The notes beneath the pieces were generated by a model. It made no database searches. It worked only from the letters and a program-made list of their open reading frames with translations, and was not told the DNA's origin. From the NCBI GenBank assembly GCA_965202625.1, contig CBDBBI010000010.1, positions 2,720,001 to 2,784,000 of the forward strand: a DNA stretch of 64,000 nucleotides, in the 5' to 3' direction. Shown piece by piece: positions 44,347-53,077 of the stretch (position 1 is the stretch's first letter; each line of letters begins with the position of its first letter). The position numbers and the translations under genes are program-made. This DNA comes from a bacterium (GTDB lineage: Bacteria; UBA8248).

Positions 44347-44745
44347 GATGATCTCCCCTTGGCGTCGAGCGAATCTCAAGAATTCTCTCAATACAATAGC
44401 ATAAACCATTGAATATGAAAAACATTATACTTTTTGAGCGTGTTTGTCAAAGGGAGAACATTATTGGAAATAAGCGTAATTGTAGAAGAGATGCCATGAT
44501 GGTTCACCTTAGTGTTTCTATCGTTAATCTGTGGTGGAGGGCAGGGGCGGGGCTATATGTCCATGCCGGGGGCGTGAAATTCCGTTTGTTTATTGCGCCT
44601 CGTGATTCGCTCTGGTAAGGTGAACTTTATCTAAACGTCATGGGATGCCCATTTTCGACGTGGCGGTTGCGCGTGAATTGTGCTCGGTGACAAAGCGAGG
44701 CTTGAGATTCTTTTTTCCACTGAGGGAGAAGAAGGAGGTCTTCTC

Positions 44746-45636
44746 ATGTTCAAGGGCTCTTATGTCGCGATGGTCACCCCGTTTCGCGACGGAAAACTCG
44801 ATGAAGAGGGTATTCGCTCTCTGGTGGAATTTCATATCGAAAATGGAACGCATGGGATTGTGGCGTGTGGAACTACGGGAGAATCCGCCACGCTGAGCCA
44901 CGAAGAGCACGACCGGGTTGTGGAGTTGGTAATCGAGCAGGTCGGCGGGAGAATTCCCGTCATCGCCGGCTCCGGATCGAACAGCACGGCGGAGGCGGTG
45001 CAGCGCACCCGATTCGCCATGCGCGCCGGAGCGGATGGCGCGCTCCTCGTGGCGCCCTATTACAACAAGCCGACGCAAGAGGGACTTTATAAGCATTTTC
45101 ACGCGATCGCGGAATCGACGGACATCCCCATCGTTCTCTACAACGTGCCCGGCCGCACGGTCGTCCAGATAGCACCCGACACGGTGGCGCGTCTCGCGGA
45201 GATTCCCCACATCACCGGCATCAAAGAGGCGACGGGGAATTTGGCGAATTGCTGCGATATCATCTCCCGCGCGCCGGATGATTTTATCGTGCTTTCCGGG
45301 GATGATTTTGTCACCTTGCCGATGATGGCGATGGGCGCGGTGGGCACGATTTCGGTGACCGCGAACGTGGCGCCCGCAGACGTGTCCCAGATGTGTCAGG
45401 CCCAGCTGGATGGGGACGCCGCCAGGGCGAGAAAATTGCATTACAAGATGTGGGAGCTCAACCACATGATGTTTTGCGAAACGAATCCGATTCCTGCGAA
45501 AGCGACCCTGGCGATCATGGGGCGCATCGCGCTGGAGTACAGGCTGCCTCTCTGTGCGCCCTCGGACGCTAACATGAGGAGGTTGGAGGCGTTCACGAGG
45601 AAATACGGGTTGATCGAGGAGGCGGTGACGACGTAG
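44746..45636 (+). CDS. dapA: 4-hydroxy-tetrahydrodipicolinate synthase
   Basis: CGTTGESATL, PYYNKPTQEG, LYNVPGRT, GIKEA, SGDD, ETNPIP. Confidence 0.96.
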   Translation: MFKGSYVAMVTPFRDGKLDEEGIRSLVEFHIENGTHGIVACGTTGESATLSHEEHDRVVELVIEQVGGRIPVIAGSGSNSTAEAVQRTRFAMRAGADGALLVAPYYNKPTQEGLYKHFHAIAESTDIPIVLYNVPGRTVVQIAPDTVARLAEIPHITGIKEATGNLANCCDIISRAPDDFIVLSGDDFVTLPMMAMGAVGTISVTANVAPADVSQMCQAQLDGDAARARKLHYKMWELNHMMFCETNPIPAKATLAIMGRIALEYRLPLCAPSDANMRRLEAFTRKYGLIEEAVTT

Positions 45637-45698
45637 CGTTCGGACGAAGTAGTGGAATCTGGGCACTCCCACTTTTGGCTTTTGACGTCCCGCGACGA

Positions 45699-46577
45699 CT
45701 ATTCTTCCAGCCCTAAGACCTTGAGGGCGTTTCCGCCGAACCAGAGGTCTTTTACGTCGTCTTTGATCGGGAACTTGTTGAATTCGGCCAAACTCTCCTT
45801 GGGGCTGATCATCGGCCAGTTCGAGGCCCAGAGAATCTTATTCTTGAGCACGGAATTTCCATAGCGAATCAAGGGTTCCCATCCGGTGTCGGGCGTGCCG
45901 ATGTATCTGGGCATCGTGCCGCTGATCTCGATATACAGATTGGGGTGCCGCCAACTCACCGCGATCATTTCCGCGATCCACGGCCAGCCCCCGTGGACCG
46001 CCACGATGCGAAGCTCCGGAAAGTCTCTCGCCACCTCGTCCAGGTAGATCGGGCGTCCAAAGTCGAGCAGGTGTGAACGCGAGAGGTTCATGGACGTGTG
46101 GAGCAGAACGGGGACGTCCAACTCCACGCATTTGGCGTAAATGGGGTAGAATTTCTTGTCGTTCGCGTAAATACCGAGCTCCCATGGCCCCATGTTCACG
46201 CCTCTGAGTCCGTAATCCTTCACGTCGCGCTCCAGATCGCGCAGCGCGTCCATGCCGCGAAAAGGGTCGCACCCAGCCGTTCCTAGGAGGCGGTTCGGAT
46301 GATCCTTGATGTATTCGTGCAAAACCTCGGCGGGGAATTTCGCGCCGTGGATCGTCGTCATGTCGGAAATTTTGATTAGTGCCTTGTCCACGCCTTGCGC
46401 GTCCAGGAAGGCGACGAACACATCCGGCTTCATGTAGTCGTGTTCCTCCTCGTTCCCGTAAACCTTGTCTCCATAGTGCCTGGCGTAGTCCGTGAAGCGG
46501 CCTTTTGGCTTCAGGTATCTGTCCAGACCCTCGGGGATGGGGCACGAGACTCTAAAATCAACGATGGGGGTACGCAT
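45699..46577 (-). CDS. Amidohydrolase_2 family (TIM-barrel) protein
   Basis: FYPIYAKCVELDVPVLLH, DEVARDFPELRIVAVHGGWPW, HPNLY, KILWASNWP; ATG at 46577 after GGAG. Confidence 0.85.
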   Translation of the reverse strand: MRTPIVDFRVSCPIPEGLDRYLKPKGRFTDYARHYGDKVYGNEEEHDYMKPDVFVAFLDAQGVDKALIKISDMTTIHGAKFPAEVLHEYIKDHPNRLLGTAGCDPFRGMDALRDLERDVKDYGLRGVNMGPWELGIYANDKKFYPIYAKCVELDVPVLLHTSMNLSRSHLLDFGRPIYLDEVARDFPELRIVAVHGGWPWIAEMIAVSWRHPNLYIEISGTMPRYIGTPDTGWEPLIRYGNSVLKNKILWASNWPMISPKESLAEFNKFPIKDDVKDLWFGGNALKVLGLEE

Positions 46578-46801
46578 CCCTACACTCCAGAGAACGAGAA
46601 CCGCAAGCGCTTGGAATCGCAACCCAGAGGATACATCACGCCGGTCGTTTTCGGGTAGCGATGAGAAGAAAAACCTCCCCTGCCTCGCCACGCCGGAGGA
46701 TACAGTTATCTACCCTCTCCCCATCTTGGAACAGAAGGTTTTTTCGTGAAAGAGCGCAGTCCGCCGCAACGCCATTGGCTTTGGGCTATTTGCAGGTGCC
46801 C

Positions 46802-47754
46802 ATGATGCTCGTCTATGTGAACTATGTGGCGGCGCTGCAGTTGTTCAAGGCGGAATGGGGTCTGCGCAGTGCGCAGGCGGGCACGATTTATGCGGCGTTT
46901 TACGTGGGCTACATCCTCGCCTCGGCCGTGCTGTCGACCGCCACGGAATACATGAGCGTGAAAAAGATGTATTTGGTATCGAGTTTTTGGTTGATGATCT
47001 TGAACTTCATGTTTCCATTCCTGGCCGATGGGTTTGTAAGCGCGTCGCTTTTTCGGGATCTCACGGGTGTGGGGCTGACCGGGACCTATGCGCCTGCGTC
47101 GAGATTGATGGCGGATATGTTTCGGAGGGGAAGCGCGCTCGCATGGTGGAGTCTATACGCTCTTTTATACCTTGGGCGTCGCCGTCTCGCTCTTATAATA
47201 ATGGGTACCCTCATTGCGAATTACGACTGGCGCACCGCCTTCGTTTCACGTCAATGGGTCCGGCGGTCGGATTTTTGGTCATGGCGTTTTGTTTCTGTCT
47301 TTGCCCTCCCCAAAGGGTCGGTGAGGGAGCGGGGTTTGAATTGCCCAGACTTCCGGCTCCCGTATGGGTGTTGGTGGGCGTCGTGGGTGCGCACAGGTGG
47401 GAGGTGTTCGCGTTCCGGAGCTAGATAGTCACTTTTTTGGCGGCCTCTAGGTGCTATTTCGGATCGGCATTGGGAATGCAGTCGGGTCTGGGCTTTTTGC
47501 TAGTTTCCCTCTCTCCGTCGGTGGTGGAAAAATTTTTGGACATGAGCAACGATTCGGGCGATGGTGGGTTTTCCGTGAATTGGGATTGGGCGTTCGTCGG
47601 CCCGGGGCTTGCGGTGCTCGCAGGCGCAATCGCCACTATTTTCTCGCGCGGCCTCTCGGCTGTGGAGGGAGCAAAACGGGAAAATGCGAGGCTTCCAGAA
47701 GGCACAAGGGTGAGTCCGCCCGCTCTTAACAGACAGCGACCCTCGGTGGAATGA
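46802..47754 (+). pseudogene. MFS transporter pseudogene (frameshifts and internal deletion)
   Basis: WGLRSAQAGTIYAAFYVGY..GLTGTYAP in one frame, HRWEVFAFRS* in another, and ALGMQSGLGF..WDWAF in the downstream ORF; too short for 12 TM segments. Confidence 0.75.
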
Positions 47755-47761
47755 TGCCTTC

Positions 47762-47789
47762 TTGACCATATGGGCAGTTTTGATATAAT
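47762..47789 (+). promoter_or_regulatory. Sigma70-type promoter for the ABC operon
   Basis: TTGACC (47762)-N16-TATAAT (47784) with an extended -10 TG at 47781. Confidence 0.6.
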
Positions 47790-47921
47790 ATGGGACCATA
47801 AATTTTGAGAAATATGATGACGTGATGAATTGCTTGTAACCGGATATAGGCGGGGAGACATGGGAGACATGTCTTTTCGCACTCTTTTCATTGTTGTTCC
47901 ACGAGCAGAGGAGAATGAAAA

Positions 47922-48935
47922 ATGCTCAAGCGAATTGTATTTGGCCTCATGGCGGCGGCTTTCTTGAGTGCGCCGGCGTTCGCCGCCGACGAAGCCACCA
48001 TGCGCGCCGCGAAGAAAGAGGGGAAGGTTACCTGGTATTCTTCCATCACGCTGAATATCGCGCAGGATATCTGCAACCGCTACAACAAGAAAAAAACGGG
48101 TGTGCAGTGCGTCCTCCACCGCGACGGCTCAGGTAAACTCTATCGTCGTTATCTGCAAGAGCGCAAAGGCGGAATCTATGTCGCCGACGTGATTCACACG
48201 TCAAACCTGGGACATTTCCTGAACCTCAAGAGCAAGAAAATCATCACGCCCTACAAGCCGGCCGGAACCGACAACTTCAATCCGAAGTTTGTCACGAAGG
48301 ACAATTACTGGACGATTCTCCGCGCGGGCTTGCTGATGCCGTTCTACAACACCAACAAGATCAGCGCGAAAGACGCCCCGAAGACGTATGCGGGCTTTCT
48401 TGATCCCAAATGGAAGGGTAAAATCGCTCACTCGCATCCGAGCTACAGCGGATTCGTCACGAACGGCATGATCAGCATCGTGAACAAATTCGGCTGGGGC
48501 TATTACGAAAAGATGGCGATGCAAAAGCCTAAAATTGTGCAGTCCGCAGCCGGCAGCATTCCCCTCGTCGCGCGCGGCGAGCTCTGGCTGGGAGCGGGCA
48601 CGACTTCCTATTCCCTGCTCAAGAAGATACAAGGCGGCGAGCCGCTCAAGCCCATCGTTCCTCCAGCCGGTCTTGCGCTCGTGACTTCGCCCAACGGCGT
48701 GTTCACGCAAGCGCCGAATCCCAACGCCGCGCGGGTGTTCACCGATTATCTGTTCAGCCAGGAGACGATGCAGCTTCTGGCGGACTACTTCCTCTACGTG
48801 GGCAACCCTGACGTGAAGTACCCCGAAGTGTTGCCGCCGCTCAAGGACATCAATCTTATGGCCATTGACGGAGATGAGCTGAAGAAGAAGAATAAGTCGA
48901 CGCGCAAGAAATTCAAGCAGCTCTTCGGCGTGTAA
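47922..48935 (+). CDS. ABC transporter substrate-binding protein (Fe3+/polyamine/2-AEP-like class)
   Basis: Signal peptide, AAKKEGKVTWYSS, LDPKWKGKI, APNPNAARVFTDYLFS. Confidence 0.9.
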   Translation: MLKRIVFGLMAAAFLSAPAFAADEATMRAAKKEGKVTWYSSITLNIAQDICNRYNKKKTGVQCVLHRDGSGKLYRRYLQERKGGIYVADVIHTSNLGHFLNLKSKKIITPYKPAGTDNFNPKFVTKDNYWTILRAGLLMPFYNTNKISAKDAPKTYAGFLDPKWKGKIAHSHPSYSGFVTNGMISIVNKFGWGYYEKMAMQKPKIVQSAAGSIPLVARGELWLGAGTTSYSLLKKIQGGEPLKPIVPPAGLALVTSPNGVFTQAPNPNAARVFTDYLFSQETMQLLADYFLYVGNPDVKYPEVLPPLKDINLMAIDGDELKKKNKSTRKKFKQLFGV

Positions 48936-48942
48936 AAAACGT

Positions 48943-48988
48943 GAGCGGAAGCGGTTTCTCGTGCAAAATTAAGAAATCGCTTCCGCTT
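48943..48988 (+). terminator. Intercistronic stem-loop after the SBP gene (terminator or mRNA stabiliser)
   Basis: GAGCGGAAGCGGTTTCT ... AGAAATCGCTTCCGCTT followed by CGTTTT. Confidence 0.7.
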
Positions 48989-49062
48989 CGTTTTCTGTTC
49001 TGGCGGGCGGAATTTTTTTGCGGGCAGTTTAACGCCGCGCGAAAAAAAGGGAAGGCGCGCAT

Positions 49063-50808
49063 ATGACGCAAGGCGCACAGCGACTCCCAGGAATGATGTC
49101 GGGCGGCGGTCCCTCATCCGCCAGGAAATTCGATTACACCGCCATCGTCTGGGTGATGATGTTCATCCTGCTGCTCATCCTGGTGGCGAATCCGATCTTT
49201 CAGCTTTTCAAAGAGAGTTTTTTTGTTTCGGAAGATGAGACCGGCGGCTTCACCTTTCAAAATTATTTCGACGCCTTTCAGACGTCGGAATACTACAAGC
49301 CAATGTATATCACCATCATGCTCGCTATTTCCGTTGGTTCCATATCCCTGGTGGTGGGAGCGATGATGGCCTGGGCAGTGAGCCGGACGGACATCCCGTT
49401 CCCGAATTTACTCAGAAACGGCATTTTGGCTTCTTTCGTAACCCCCCCTTTTCTGGGTGCCATCGCCTGGATATTCCTGGCGGGCAGAAACGAGGGGTGG
49501 CTGAACAAGTTGGTGCGCTGGGTATTTCACCTGAGCGACGAGTTTTATCTGTTTGACATATTTACGATGAAGGGCGTCGTATTCGCCATGTCGCTCTACA
49601 CCTTCCCTCTCGTCTTCATCGTCGTTCTATCCGGTTTGAACAGCATCTCCTCCGACGTGGAGGATGCGGCCAACGTGGCGGGCGGCGGCACTTTTCACAC
49701 GATGTTCAGCATCACCTTGCCGCTCGTGGCGCCCTCGCTGTTCGCCGGTTTCATTCTGGCGGCACTGGAGGCGATGATCCTTTTCGGCATCCCCGCCGTA
49801 TTGGCGATTCCCGCCGGCCAGCACACCATGACCACCCAGCTTCGGGCCTTCATGGTCTCCGAAGACGATCTCCTCGGCCTGGCCTCCGCCTACGCGATGC
49901 CCATGCTCGTTTTAGCGATCTGCATGGTCTGGACGCGGGGCGTGATTCTGGGCCGAAGGGGCTACGCTACGGTTGGGGGCAAAGGAGGCCAGAGGCGGCC
50001 GCAAAAGCTGGGAGTTTGGCGAATTCCGGTGTTTCTGTTCTGCCTGTTGCCGTTGGTGTGCGCCATCGTGTTGCCCGCGATGTCTTTGCTGACCACGTCG
50101 TTCATGAAAAACCTAGGCGGGGGGTTGGTTTGGGCGAATTTCACTCTGTGGAATTATCATTTCATCCTGACGAACGATGCGGTGAGGGTGGCGATATACA
50201 ATACGATTCTTCTGGCCATTATGGCGGCGACCGGCGCCACCGTCGTGGCTGCGATCTCCGCCTTCATCGCGCAGCGCAAGCTCATCAAGGGGCATCAATA
50301 TCTCGGATTCATGGCGACCGCGCCTATCGGAATTCCCGGCATCGTTTTGGCGGTGGGTCTTTTCGCGGCCTACACGAAACAGCCCTTCGTGCTCTATGGG
50401 ACGCTCTGGATCATGTTTTTGGCCTACCTCACCAAATATCTGCCCCTGGCGTATCAGACGTCGAACGCGGCGCTCACGAGCATTCATCCGGAGCTGGAGG
50501 AGAGTTGCCGCATCATGGGCGCGAATCGTCTTCAGGTTTTCAAGGACGTGACGGTGCCCTTGTTCAAGACCGGCATCATCGCGTCCTGGATTTTGGTGTT
50601 CATGCCCTCGCTCAGGGAGCTGAGCGCCTCGGTTTTGCTGTGGACGACGAATACGAAGGTCATCTCGGTGGTCATCGTTGATTTTTACGAGGAGTCGTTG
50701 CTGGGTCCTATATCCGCATTGGGAGTTTTGTTGCTGTTGATCACGCTGGTGGCCATTGCGGCTGGTTTCCGCTTGGTGGGAAGAGACTTCATGCGGTCCG
50801 CCGGATAG
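49063..50808 (+). CDS. ABC transporter permease (FbpB-like, duplicated domain)
   Basis: Two EAA-loop regions (VEDAANVAGG, LEESCRIMGA), TPPFLGAIAW, IPGIVLAVG. Confidence 0.92.
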   Translation: MTQGAQRLPGMMSGGGPSSARKFDYTAIVWVMMFILLLILVANPIFQLFKESFFVSEDETGGFTFQNYFDAFQTSEYYKPMYITIMLAISVGSISLVVGAMMAWAVSRTDIPFPNLLRNGILASFVTPPFLGAIAWIFLAGRNEGWLNKLVRWVFHLSDEFYLFDIFTMKGVVFAMSLYTFPLVFIVVLSGLNSISSDVEDAANVAGGGTFHTMFSITLPLVAPSLFAGFILAALEAMILFGIPAVLAIPAGQHTMTTQLRAFMVSEDDLLGLASAYAMPMLVLAICMVWTRGVILGRRGYATVGGKGGQRRPQKLGVWRIPVFLFCLLPLVCAIVLPAMSLLTTSFMKNLGGGLVWANFTLWNYHFILTNDAVRVAIYNTILLAIMAATGATVVAAISAFIAQRKLIKGHQYLGFMATAPIGIPGIVLAVGLFAAYTKQPFVLYGTLWIMFLAYLTKYLPLAYQTSNAALTSIHPELEESCRIMGANRLQVFKDVTVPLFKTGIIASWILVFMPSLRELSASVLLWTTNTKVISVVIVDFYEESLLGPISALGVLLLLITLVAIAAGFRLVGRDFMRSAG

Positions 50809-50826
50809 AGAAGGGGGAGGTTTGCG

Positions 50827-51906
50827 TTGGCGGTTTTAGACTTGAGGGGCTTGCTGAAGATATTCGGAACGAGCGTTCGCGCGGTGGACGAGATAGACCT
50901 CCACATTGAGCACGGGGAGTTGATCTCTCTGTTGGGCCCCTCCGGTTGCGGCAAGACGACCACGCTGCGGCTTGTGGCTGGTTTCATCGAGCCCAACGCG
51001 GGTGAGATCGTGATGGATGGAGAAGTCATATCGAACGGCGACAGCGTTATTCCACCAGAACGGCGCAACATGAGCATGATTTTCCAGAGTTACGCTATCT
51101 GGCCGCACAAGACGGTGGCCCAAAACGTGGGCTACGGGCTAAAATTTCGCGGCGTCACTGGCGCCGATGCGGACAAGCGCGTGAAAAACTTGCTTTCCAT
51201 CGTTCAGATGGAGCATTTGGGCTCCCGGTATCCGGGGGAGCTTTCGGGCGGCCAGCAGCAGCGCGTGGCACTGGCCCGCGCCCTTGTGGTCGAGCCCGCC
51301 GTGTTGTTGCTTGACGAGCCGCTCTCGAACCTCGACGCCAACCTGCGCGAGGAGATGCGCTTTGAGATCCGGCGTTTGCATGATGAGTTTCACATCACGA
51401 GCATTTATGTGACGCACGATCAGGCTGAAGCCATGGTCACCAGCGACAGAATTTGCGTCATGAACAACGGGAAGATCGAGCAACTCGGCAAACCCTCGGA
51501 GATATACGACGTTCCGGCGACGAAGTTCGTGGCCGAATTTGTCGGCGTCACCAACTCGATTCAGGGAAGGATAAGCGCTCCGGGCCTTTTTGAGGCCAGC
51601 GAAGGGGCGAAGTTCATGATGAATTCCCATGGAGAGAAAACGGGTGGACTCGTCTCGATACGGCCCCATCGCGTTCGGGTGCATTCCGAAGACGCCGACG
51701 TGGGCGGCGCGGACGCTCAAAACGTTCTCGAAGGCGAGGTCACGCGGGGGTATTACTTCGGCAGCACGGTGGATTATCTCGTGAAGGTGGCGGGCTTGGA
51801 CGAGCCGCTTCGCGTCATTGGCGATCCCCATCAATTCTTTGGCGTGGGCAGCAAGGTGAGGCTGACCATCGACAAGTCAGCGGTCGTTCTCGTGAGCGAC
51901 AGTTAA
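50827..51906 (+). CDS. ABC transporter ATP-binding protein (FbpC/PotA-like)
   Basis: GPSGCGKT, FQSYAIWPH, LSGGQQQR, LLDEPLSNLD and a TOBE C-terminus. Confidence 0.95.
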   Translation: MAVLDLRGLLKIFGTSVRAVDEIDLHIEHGELISLLGPSGCGKTTTLRLVAGFIEPNAGEIVMDGEVISNGDSVIPPERRNMSMIFQSYAIWPHKTVAQNVGYGLKFRGVTGADADKRVKNLLSIVQMEHLGSRYPGELSGGQQQRVALARALVVEPAVLLLDEPLSNLDANLREEMRFEIRRLHDEFHITSIYVTHDQAEAMVTSDRICVMNNGKIEQLGKPSEIYDVPATKFVAEFVGVTNSIQGRISAPGLFEASEGAKFMMNSHGEKTGGLVSIRPHRVRVHSEDADVGGADAQNVLEGEVTRGYYFGSTVDYLVKVAGLDEPLRVIGDPHQFFGVGSKVRLTIDKSAVVLVSDS

Positions 51907-51916
51907 TTCATCGTTT

Positions 51917-52879
51917 ATGCGCATCGCTATTCCAGACGATAGTTTCCGCTTGTTCGAAGGTGCCGAAGCCCTTGGGCGATTGCGCGCCCTGGGCGATGTG
52001 CGGCACCACATGGACAACGCCGAAAGCGACGAAGCCCTTCGTGAGCGCCTTGAAGACGCAGAAATCATTTTGACGACGAGGTATCAAACCGACTTCAAGA
52101 CGACCGACTTGCTGGACCACATTCCCCATCTGAAAATGATTTCCGTGATGGGCACGCGCCCGCGCATGATCGACATGAATCGCGCCAACGAGCGCGGCAT
52201 CGTGGTGAGTATCACGCCCGGAGCGAGCGCCTCCTCGGTGGCTGAGCACACGATGATGCTGATGCTGGCGTTGGCGAAGAGGATGCCGCTCTTGTTCCCC
52301 GCCATGCGGGCGGGAGGTTGGCCCCGGGAGCATGGGGTCGAGCTTGCCGGAAAGACGCTGGGCCTCATCGGTTTCGGGCATATTGCTCGCCTGGTTTGCC
52401 GCATGGCGTTGGGTTTTGGAATGCGGGTCGTCGCTTGGTCGCCTTCGATGACGCCTGCGCGCGCGCGGGCGGAGGGGGCGAAAGCGGCTTCAGTTGATGA
52501 ATGTCTCTCATCCGACGTAGTGTCGCTCCATCTCCATTTACCAGTGAGCACCGCGCCTTTCATGACGAGAGAGAAGTTCGCCCGAATGAAGAGGGCGGCG
52601 TATTTCATCAATACCTCGCGCGCTCAAATCGTGGATGCAGGCGCGCTGCTGGATGCCCTGCAAGACGGACGCATCGCCGGTGCCGGCCTCGACGTTTTTG
52701 ATCCTTTCGAGCCGTTGCCGAAGGATTCCGCGTATCGATCTTTGGACAACGTCGTCATCACGCCGCACTCGGCGTGGATCACCGACGGGACATACGCCAG
52801 GTTCCGGAACATGCCGGTGGCGAACGTCGAGGCGTTCTTGAAGGGCGCGCCCATCAACGTCGCTACGGAAAACGCCTGA
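51917..52879 (+). CDS. D-2-hydroxyacid dehydrogenase family protein
   Basis: VAEH, GLIGFGHIA, INTSR, GAGLDVFDPFEP, TPHSAW. Confidence 0.92.
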   Translation: MRIAIPDDSFRLFEGAEALGRLRALGDVRHHMDNAESDEALRERLEDAEIILTTRYQTDFKTTDLLDHIPHLKMISVMGTRPRMIDMNRANERGIVVSITPGASASSVAEHTMMLMLALAKRMPLLFPAMRAGGWPREHGVELAGKTLGLIGFGHIARLVCRMALGFGMRVVAWSPSMTPARARAEGAKAASVDECLSSDVVSLHLHLPVSTAPFMTREKFARMKRAAYFINTSRAQIVDAGALLDALQDGRIAGAGLDVFDPFEPLPKDSAYRSLDNVVITPHSAWITDGTYARFRNMPVANVEAFLKGAPINVATENA

Positions 52880-53077
52880 AAACCAGGCGCGGGCCGCCCG
52901 CCGGGGCAACGTAGCTTCCCTTGCTTGACCGCCGAAACTGCCTCTCATAAGGTTTTTGCCCGCCCACTCAGATGAAAATGCTTCCCTTGCATATCTCTTT
53001 GATGTAAGCGAATATGTTGCGAAAATTTTGCGTCGTTATAATTTGATAACACGAGTTCCATTTCGGGAGCACACGCC

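Noticed and set aside
44410-44745. Lysine riboswitch upstream of dapA
   Set aside because: Conserved L-box elements are not recognisable; the region is reported only as an unexplained structure.
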